Positions 1-8,800 of a stretch of DNA of 64,000 nt are shown in pieces (position 1 is the stretch's first letter; each line of letters starts with the position of its first letter). Source of the stretch: Ilumatobacter sp. (GTDB lineage Bacteria > Actinomycetota > Acidimicrobiia > Acidimicrobiales > Ilumatobacteraceae); NCBI GenBank assembly GCA_045107155.1, contig JBGCFW010000126.1:3320-67319 (forward strand), read 5' to 3'. The notes under the pieces are model-generated. The model worked only from the letters and a program-made list of their open reading frames with translations. It was not told where the DNA came from and ran no database searches. A program made the translations under genes and the position numbers.

Positions 1-151
1 TGTTGACGTCGAGCACGATGGTCGAGCTGGTGCGGTAGCTCTTCTCGGGCAGGAATGCCGTTGCACATCCGATCGCCACGCAGATCGCGAACACGGCGTA
101 CGCGAGCGGAAGGTATCGGCCGACGACGAGTCGGAGTTCTCTCAGTTCCAT
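1..151 (-). CDS. N-terminus of a Wzz/CapA-like polysaccharide chain-length determinant (runs off the window edge)
   Basis: Not in the ORF track. Translated from ATG 151: MELRELRLVVGRYLPLAYAVFAICVAIGCATAFLPEKSYRTSSTIVLDVN, i.e. a MEL-type start, one TM helix and a Y-x-T/A-S-S motif typical of Wzz/Wzc N-termini; sits in an EPS gene context. Confidence 0.7.
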   Translation of the reverse strand, partial: MELRELRLVVGRYLPLAYAVFAICVAIGCATAFLPEKSYRTSSTIVLDVN

Positions 152-260
152 GTCCGGCTCTCCGATCCGCGTCCACCTGCATCCGACACACCGTCCGACG
201 ACACGACCAGCCGTTCCGCCACGCTGCGTGAACGACCCACCGCAACCCCGCCGGGAACGG

Positions 261-1685
261 TCAGCATTCTGACCCCAGTGTAGGGTCGTCGCCCGAGAGA
301 AAATCCGTCACCAGACTGATCACACATGCATCGAGCAGCGACGGTCGGGCAGCCTCGGGCAATACCACCGTCGTCGCCTGGTTCCAGGCCTCGTCGATCA
401 CGGCAGCGGCCGAGGACGGCGCGTCGACGTCGTACCGACCGTTGATCACCAGTGTTTGCGAGCTCGGCGCACCGATCGGCTCGCCAGGCGACACCACCTC
501 CCATGCCTCGCACACACCCGGGACCATGATCGGGTCGTCGAGCAGCGAGGTCCATCGGGAGTCGAAACCCTCGGCCTCGAGCCACGTGACGTCCGCCTGC
601 TCGCTCCCCGGCACAGAACACGCCACCGCCACCGCCACCGGGGTGCTCCGGCCGAACAACTCACCGCGCTGCGCGCCGCGGAGCAGTGCGATCGACCGCC
701 ACTCCCCCTCGCCAAGGCGCCCCGTGACGAACGTTGGGAGACCCGTCCGGAACTCGGGATCCTCCAACGCCTTCGTGATCGTGGGCAGGACCGACTCGTC
801 GCTGACCAGAACACGCTCAGTGCGGCCCCTCACCTGCACCGGGAACACGATCGATTGATTCTCGAGGCGCTGGGTGATCCGTTCGAGCGATGCTCGCACG
901 CCCTCGTCGATCGTCTCCTCGTAGACCTCGACCGCGTACCGGTAGCGGTCGGCCTGCGGGTCGTCCGAGGCGTGCGCTGCGCCGAGCAGCACGAGCGACT
1001 CGACCCGATCGGGAAAGAGCTCCTCGGCGCGTCGGGCCACGTCGGTGGCTCGGCCGCCGGCGGCGATCGTCCACTGCTCGACCCCGAGCCGCTCGCGGAC
1101 TTGATCGATGTCGGACGCGAACGCGTCGAGGGTGTAGGCCTCGAGGGGATGGTCCCGTTCGAGGCGACTCCGGCACGTGGTGAGATCGTCGGCGTTCGCC
1201 TGTTTCAGGTCGTCGAGGTCTTCGGTGTCGAGCTCGGATTGCAGCCATTCCGCCCGAAACGCATCAGCGCAGCCGAGCCGCGGTTCAGACGAACCGACAC
1301 CACGTAGATCGAGCAGGATCACTTCACGCTCCAGGTCACGCGTCAACTGCTGCCACGCGATCAGGTCACCGACCGCGACCTCGCCCATGCCGGCGCCGAT
1401 AAACAACAACGGCGACCCGATCGGGTCGAAGGGCGGCTCGATACGAGCGGCAAACAGCGAGACCTGCGCGATCTCGGGATCGTTGTAGTCCTCCGGGACA
1501 TCGAGGGACACGCACGTGACGCGAGCCCCGGTTCCACTCGGACACGTCGAACGATCGACACCGACCGGCACGACGACTTCGGCGCTGCGTACGACGGGGT
1601 CGTCGTCACGCGTGACGACCAGGGCGAGTGCCAACGCCAGGCACAGCGAGCCGACCAGATACACAAGGATTCTGGCCGGTTTCAC
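261..1685 (-). CDS. Membrane-anchored/secreted alpha/beta-hydrolase-fold protein (tripeptidyl aminopeptidase-like), catalytic residues apparently lost
   Basis: Motifs CVSLDVPEDY, DLRGVGSSEPRLGC and INGRYD; N-terminal TM. Start moved to GTG 1685 because the longer ORF overlaps the divergent gene. Confidence 0.75.
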   Translation of the reverse strand: MKPARILVYLVGSLCLALALALVVTRDDDPVVRSAEVVVPVGVDRSTCPSGTGARVTCVSLDVPEDYNDPEIAQVSLFAARIEPPFDPIGSPLLFIGAGMGEVAVGDLIAWQQLTRDLEREVILLDLRGVGSSEPRLGCADAFRAEWLQSELDTEDLDDLKQANADDLTTCRSRLERDHPLEAYTLDAFASDIDQVRERLGVEQWTIAAGGRATDVARRAEELFPDRVESLVLLGAAHASDDPQADRYRYAVEVYEETIDEGVRASLERITQRLENQSIVFPVQVRGRTERVLVSDESVLPTITKALEDPEFRTGLPTFVTGRLGEGEWRSIALLRGAQRGELFGRSTPVAVAVACSVPGSEQADVTWLEAEGFDSRWTSLLDDPIMVPGVCEAWEVVSPGEPIGAPSSQTLVINGRYDVDAPSSAAAVIDEAWNQATTVVLPEAARPSLLDACVISLVTDFLSGDDPTLGSEC

Positions 1686-1738
1686 ATCGACCCCCTGCAC
1701 GAGGCTCTGGCACGGTGGCTGCCACCTATGCTCGGGAG

Positions 1739-2737
1739 ATGACTCGTGGTGGGCGGAACCGGGTGGGCACACTCGCGACCTCGCTCGCCGTCGCTGCGGC
1801 ACTGGCCGCCGGCTGCTCCGAGAGTGAGCGCCCGCCGGTCGAGACCCTGGGATTCCGGGCGGGCGGCGGACTCTTCAAGGAGCCGGCCTTCCTCGAAGCC
1901 GAGGAGTGGCTCGACCGCGAGATCCGCTACACGGTGCAGTTCACGGGTCGTCAGTCGCAACAGGACATGAACGGCGCCGCATTCGGTCTGCTGGTGGGCG
2001 AGAAGTCCACCATCAACGCCTACGCCGACCGACTCGAGCTGTCGCTCACCGTGCCGCTCGGCTTCGGTAACGCCAATGCTCGAACCCAGGAGGGGCGTAC
2101 GGAGATTCGGAGCAACCTCGAGTTGGTCACCTCCGGTGAGTTCGACGCCGCCTACCGGCGCGTCGCCGAGCGGCTGGTCGAAGCCGGGTTTCCCGACGCG
2201 GTCCTGCGGCTCGGACACGAGTTCAACGGTGCGTGGGCACCGTGGTCGTCGCGCACGAACGAAGAAGAGTTCATCGCGGCGTGGCGACACGTGCACGAGA
2301 TCATGTCCGCCGAGTCGCCCGACTTCCGCTTCGATTGGACCGCGATCCGTGCGTCGTGGGCTGAGTGGGGACCGTCCGCCTACCCCGGCGACGACTACGT
2401 CGACGTGATCGGACTCGACATCTACTGGCGTGTCACGCCCGCCGATGACGACAGCTGGGACACCGAGGTCTGGCGACTCCAGTACCAGCGGGTCCTCGAG
2501 GAGCATCTCGCGTTCGCCGAGGCTCACGGAAAACCGGTCAGCTACCCCGAGTGGGGTCTCGGCGGCGGCGATGTGCCGCAGTTCGTCGAAGCAATGCATG
2601 AGTGGCTCTCGGACCTGCCCACGGAGGGTCCGGGTCGCCTGTTGTATCACGCTTACTTCGACGGAAACCGGCAGTATGACCTCGATCAGTACCCGGCCTC
2701 GCGAGCCCGATATCGCGAGCTGTTCGGCGACACCTGA
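1739..2737 (+). CDS. Glycoside hydrolase family 26 lipoprotein (beta-mannanase-like)
   Basis: LRLGHEFNGAW (acid/base Glu), AYPGDDYVDVIGLDIY, KPVSYPEWG (nucleophile Glu); lipobox LAAGC. Confidence 0.85.
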   Translation: MTRGGRNRVGTLATSLAVAAALAAGCSESERPPVETLGFRAGGGLFKEPAFLEAEEWLDREIRYTVQFTGRQSQQDMNGAAFGLLVGEKSTINAYADRLELSLTVPLGFGNANARTQEGRTEIRSNLELVTSGEFDAAYRRVAERLVEAGFPDAVLRLGHEFNGAWAPWSSRTNEEEFIAAWRHVHEIMSAESPDFRFDWTAIRASWAEWGPSAYPGDDYVDVIGLDIYWRVTPADDDSWDTEVWRLQYQRVLEEHLAFAEAHGKPVSYPEWGLGGGDVPQFVEAMHEWLSDLPTEGPGRLLYHAYFDGNRQYDLDQYPASRARYRELFGDT

Positions 2738-2816
2738 TCGACGCTCCCTCGGAGCACTCGGATTCTCGCCGGCACGGCACCCGCGACGAGCGCCGATGCC
2801 GTACCGGCCAACGGAA

Positions 2817-5800
2817 TCAGACGTCACCGAAGGCGAAGTTCTGGACGACCTCGCTGCGAGTGAGCGCACGATCGTAGAACGCCACCAAGTAGTACGTACC
2901 GAGCCATTCGCGGCTGTTGTCGCGCTCGGACCCGAGGTGCAGTCGGTGACTCTGGACCCAGTTCCCCAGATTGTTTCCAATCAGGCCCGACGCCACTTCA
3001 TTGCCGTTCACGTACAGCTTGGTGGTGCCGTCTTCGGCTCGGGTGTAGACGAGGTGGAACATCTGGTCCTCGACCACGCCGTTCGCCGAGGTGGGCGGCT
3101 CACCGCGTGAGTTCGTGTCACGTGTGCGCATGTAGGCGACGATGTCCTCGCCGTTCTGGATCATGCCGAAGCTGCGAGCGTTCGGGTTCGCCGAGATGCC
3201 GATCGGCATCACGTCGGTCTGGCCCAAGTTGGCCGCCGAGAGCCACATCTCGACGGTGATCTCCTTGGACTGCTTGACCGGATTGACGATCTTGCCGGCG
3301 CCGCTCGTCGATTGGATGAGCGTGGGCTGATCGATGCGCAAACCGGAGTCCACGCGGGTCGTACGGCCATAGTTCTGCACCGTGAGGTTCAGGGTCCCCG
3401 ACGTCGAACTGCGATCCTTGATCGTCGCACCACTCGCCTCGTTGAACGGGTAGAACAGCACCAATCCGTCATCGACTCGAGAGTCGACCGTGATCAGGTA
3501 GTTCCTCGTCGTGACGTCGGAGTCCGCCAGATTCGTCCGATACACGCGGGCCTGGACCGTCGTGGTCTCGGTGACCGGGAACGGACCCGTGTACAGCGGC
3601 GACGCCACCGTGGGCTCGGTTCCATCCGTCGTGAACCGAATCTGGCCGTTGGGCACGGACGTCTCGATGACGACCTCGACCTGGCCCGGATAGACACCCG
3701 AGTCCGGCGTGATGCTCGGGGCAGGCGCTTGCGAGCCCGCCTCGATCACATCGATGATCATCTCGTCGGTGGTGGTCTTCTCACCGTCATCGCCCGACCA
3801 TTCGAACACGTAGCGACCATCGGTCGGCAAGGTGACGGTGGTCGTCGGGTCCGTCGAGCTTGCGAGAACGGCCGTGGCCGGGCCCGAGACCTGCGTCCAG
3901 CCGACCGTCAGCGTCCCCGGCGGTGTCGGGTTGCCGTCGTCGCTCGCCGTCGCTGCCATCTGGGCGACTTCACCCTCGACGAGGGTGATGTCGGGACCGG
4001 CGTTGATCTGCGGTGCGAAGTTGGCCGGCGGCGGGAAGGGACCGGACTGGTAGTTGGTGACGATCTCGCTCTGCTGGAGATCTTCGCTGTAGATGGCGAG
4101 CAGGTAGAGGTCGCCCAACCAGGGGTTGGTCTCCTCCACGGAGTTCGCCACACCGAGGCCGTAACCGGCAGCCCAGGGGAACAGCGAACCACCGACGAAG
4201 CTCTCCCACGCCAGCTCACCGTCGACGTAGACGTAGACCCGGTTGTCGGGGCGACGGACGTAGACCATGTGATGTAGCTGCGGCGGCACGATGGCGCCCG
4301 TGTTACGGCCGGGCTCACCGTTGCTGTTGGTGTTCGACGTCCGCATGTCGATGTCGAAGGTTCGACCGTTCTGCGTGATCGCCAGGTTCTGCTGTCCCGG
4401 ATCCTCGGATCCGATGTTGAACAGCGTGCCATCGCCGAGATCGAGCGTGGCAGGATCGATCCACGCTTCGATCGTGAACGACTGGCTGTCCTGGATCGCC
4501 GTGTTGATCCGGTTCACACCGAGCGGCGTGCGCAGGACCGAGGCGTCGTTGATGCGCAGGGCATCGACATCGGTGAGCCAGGTCACGTCGGACGTGGCGG
4601 CGATCTCGAGGTCGAGTGCAGCACCCACCTGTGCGGTGTCGGAGGCGACCGTTCCGCCGTCGTCATCGAAGCGGTAGATCGCCTGGAGACCGGTCTCGAC
4701 ACGGTCCGGCGGCTGCAGGATCGTGTATGAGCGCTGTGTGATCGTGCTCTCGAAGAAGCCCTCGCGGTACGTCTTGGCCTTGATCGTGGTCGACTCCGTG
4801 ACGAAGAACGGCTCGGTGTAGAGCAACGAGTTCTCGTCCGGGTCGGAACCGTCGACCGTGTAACGGATCTCCGCAGCGCGGGTACCCGTGTCCATCTCGA
4901 TCTTGGCGAGGCCCGTGTAGGTCCCGCTCTCGGGGATGATCTCGGGCGCCTGGGCCGTGATCTGGCGGACCTGGAGGTCGCCGAAGTTCACATCCGTGTG
5001 GTGCGCGACCAGCGCGAGCGAACCGGCATCGGGCGCGTCAGGCCCGAGTGCTGTCACGATGTTCCACTCGGTGGGCTCGGGATCGACTTCGCGCCAGACC
5101 TTGAGTCGGTACAGCGGACCTGCGCCGCCACCGGTTTCCGCCTGCATCTTGAAGATGTACTGCGTGCCGGTCTGCAGCGTCGCACCGCTGAGGTCCTCGG
5201 CCACGAGCACCGCGTTGCTGTCACGGATCTCGAGGCGTTCGCCGTTGTTGTCGTCGCGGTAGCGGTACCAGACGAGCGCGCCGAGCTGACCACTGAAGCC
5301 GTACGCGGGCTGCGTGGTCTCCGCCTGAGTGTGACCCATCCAGTGCGGGATGAAGCCGACCGCCGGACCGCCCGACGGGGCGAAGTAGCCCTGCGGGTCG
5401 AAGCTGTTGATCAGCACCGGCACCTCGGCCTCGAACGAGGTCCATGTCTCGTCACCGAACGTGAGGAGACGGTCGTACCCGATCTCGGTGGCCCGGACCG
5501 TGTCGCCTTCGACCTGCCAGCGACCGTCGACGGGCTGGGCGACGTCGTTCAGATCGGTGACGGTCGACCAGTCGACGGAGTAGGGCATCGGCCAGGTGTT
5601 GCCCGGCGTGAAGTCGACGAGGACGTCGATTTCGGAAGCGTTGAACGCGTTGTCGATCGCACGGATCGTGACCGTGTTGACGCCGGGGTTGAGCAGCGAG
5701 GAGTCGACGTCGGCGTTGAAGTCGCCGTCACCGGCGAGGCGCCGCGTGCAGCTCACGCCGCCTTCGGGGCAGTCGGTGGATCCGAGCCCCATGGTGAAGG

Positions 5801-8800
5801 GTTGACCATCGTTGACCGTGTAGGTGATGGAGGCGATGCCGTCGGGGTCCGTCACGTTGCCGAGAATGTTGACGTCGGGCTGCGTGAGGCCGTTCGCACC
5901 GAATTCAAGCGGCTGACCGTCCCAGACCTCACCGCGGGCGCCGAAGACTTCGAACACGGGCGCCTCGAGCGCGGACGGCTCGGTGATGGTGATCGGGTCC
6001 TCGCTCGAATAGAAGTAGTCGATGAGCGCCTCGTGCTGCGGCACGTTCGCGAGCGTCGGGTTGCCGTTACCGACGAACGGGCCGACGCGCGACACGTTGA
6101 ACGACAGCACGCCGTTCCAGACCAGCTGCCAGGTGTCCCCGCGATCGGGCGAGTACTCGAAGCGCCAGTTCACGCCATTGCGTGTCGCACGCAGGGCGCC
6201 CGGCGTGGCGCCCGGCACCTCGACGTTGGCGCGCACCGCCAGGTTGTTCGGCGTGCGCTGGCCCACGAAGGCGTAGGTCTTGGTGCCATCGGAGTAGAGG
6301 TCGAAGCGGACGAGGTTCTGATCATCCTGTTCGAAGATGAGCCCCTGCAGCTGTGACTGGAAGTTCACGACCGACTCGAAGCCGACGGTGACCTGCAGGT
6401 CGTCGTTCTCGACGGGCTGCAGCACACGCAATGCCGTGTTGGCGTTGCGGGTGAGGTCGTGACGGGCCTGTCCGGGCACCGACATCGACAGCAAGCCGCC
6501 GGGATTGTCGAACGTGCCGTCACGGCGCGGGTCGTCGATCCACCAGCGGGGGTCGAGTTCGGCGGTGTCGAAGTTGTCGGAGAACGGCTCCGTCGGGCAC
6601 GCACCCGTCGTGAACGTGAGGTTCGGCGACTGGCCGGTGTTACCGGCAGCATCGTTCGAGGACGCACGGAATTGATAGGTGGAGCCGCAGATGACCGGCT
6701 CGATCACGGCGCTGTGCTCGGTGAGCGCCGTGTTGTCGACGAGCGGACCAGCGCCGTAGCCGGTGTTGAAGCCCCAGTCGACGCGCGTGGTTGCTGGCTC
6801 GTTGGTGTCCCAGGTGACCGTGACGGCCTGGCTGTGCGGGACGCCGACCTGTGCCTGCACGTTGCTGACGTTGGGAGCGACGACGTCGGCACCGGTGCCG
6901 CCGTCCTCGGGAACGATCGGCGAATCGGTCGCGAAGAAGTAGTCGATCGAACCGATGAAGGCCGGCGGCGTTGCGTTGCCCGCCGCCGTTGCACCGATGT
7001 ACGGGCCGACGTAGTTGGCCTGGAGATCCGCGACGAACTGACCGATCTGACTCCAGGTGACGCCGTCGGTGGACGACCACGCCGTCCAGGTGTTGCCCGT
7101 GCGCTCGACGCGGAGGTACTGCTCGACGCCGCCGGGCAGCGTGATGTACTCGTGCGTGATCGCCTCGTTGTCGAGGATCGACGCGAGATACGCCCGGACG
7201 TTCGTGCCGTCGTGGTGGATCTCGAAGCGCAGATAGTTGGTGTCATCCTCCTCGACGACGATGCCCTGCAGCTGGAACTTCTTCGACAGGACCGACTCGA
7301 ACTTCGCGTCGACGCTGAAGTTGGCGATCGGCGCCTCTTGGCGAAGACGAGGTGCGAAGTTCTCTTCGGGGAAGAGGTTGTGGTCGGTGCCTTCGGGCAC
7401 CGAGATGATCGCGTTGGCGTCAGAGATCGTGAGCAGCGTGTCGCCGACCGGGTCGACAGCTGTCCAGTGGTCACCGAGCGTGCCTGAGCTGAAGTCGTCA
7501 GACACGATCGACGGGCATGCCGCCGTGGTGAACGTCACCGCATCGCCGGTGGTCGAGCCGATGTCGCTCGCCGAGGTGGGACGGAAGAAGTACGGCGTTT
7601 CACACCGCAAGAAGTCGATCGTGATCGAGTGTTCGGTCACGAAGTCGGAATTGATGTCGAAGCGGTCCATGCTCGCCGTGGAGCCCCACTCGAGCTGGGT
7701 GTCGGCCGGGACGTTCGTGGTCCAGGTGATCTCGGCGCTGCGAGCCTTCGAGTTGACCGTCACCTCGGACAGCTGCGGCGCGTCGTCGTTGAGTCCGCCG
7801 GTCGTCTTCGACTCGAAGTAGTCGACGATCGCCGAGAACGCCGGAACGGTGTCCTCATGCGAGTTCGACACGGTGATGCCGGCCTGTGTGAGGTCGAGCG
7901 GCACGGTGAAGTCGTTGCGGAATCCGAACCATCTGGTGCCGTTGTAGGAGCGTTGCAGCTTCCAGACGTCACCGGTTCGGATGGCGCGAACGAAGCGGGT
8001 GGCCACACCCGGGAGGCGCTTGACGGCGACCTGCGAGGCCTGGCCGTCCACCATCTTGTGGACAACGAATCGAGCGAAGGTGCCGTCGTGATCGACGCGA
8101 GCGCGGAGCCAGTTCTGATCGTCTTCGAGGAAGATCAGGCCCTGCCCCTGCCAGCGTTCGACCGGGAGCGACTCGAACTTCACGACGATGTCGAGGTCGT
8201 TGTCACCGATCGGCTGCACGAGACGGGGGGCTTCGTCGACGCCGGTCCAGGTGGAGTGATTCACGCCGGCCGGGAGGTCGATGACGAGTTCGGCGCCGGT
8301 GCTGGCGAGGGAGGTGTCGCCGACGTTGTCGACGTAGGTCCAGAACGGGCTCAGTGTGGGTGCCGAGAAGTCGTCGGTGATGGCGCCGTCGCTCACACCG
8401 TTGAACTTCGCCTCGCCGACGGTGACGAGCACTTCCTTGTACGCGCCGCGGATGTGGTCACCCGTCGGCCCGAACTCGGTGCCGTCCACGAGGCCGGTCG
8501 TGAAGCTCTGCGGCTCCAGGTTGACATTCTTGGTGAGGTAGGGCTGGTTGAGACCCAGGCCACCGCGACCGAAGCCGAGCACCGGGAGCTTTTCCTTCAG
8601 GAGTCGGTAGGACTCGATGGCGCCGTCGTCTTGGTGGTGAGCCATGAAGAAGCTGCGATCGTCGGCGGGGTCGGCGATGTACAGCCATTCCTCACCGGGC
8701 ATGTCGGCTTCGAACTCACCGTCGATCGGGACGGTCACGCCGTCGGAGCGCTGGATGAAGTCAGCTGCGTCGACCTCACCACCCGGGGTGCCTTCGTAGA

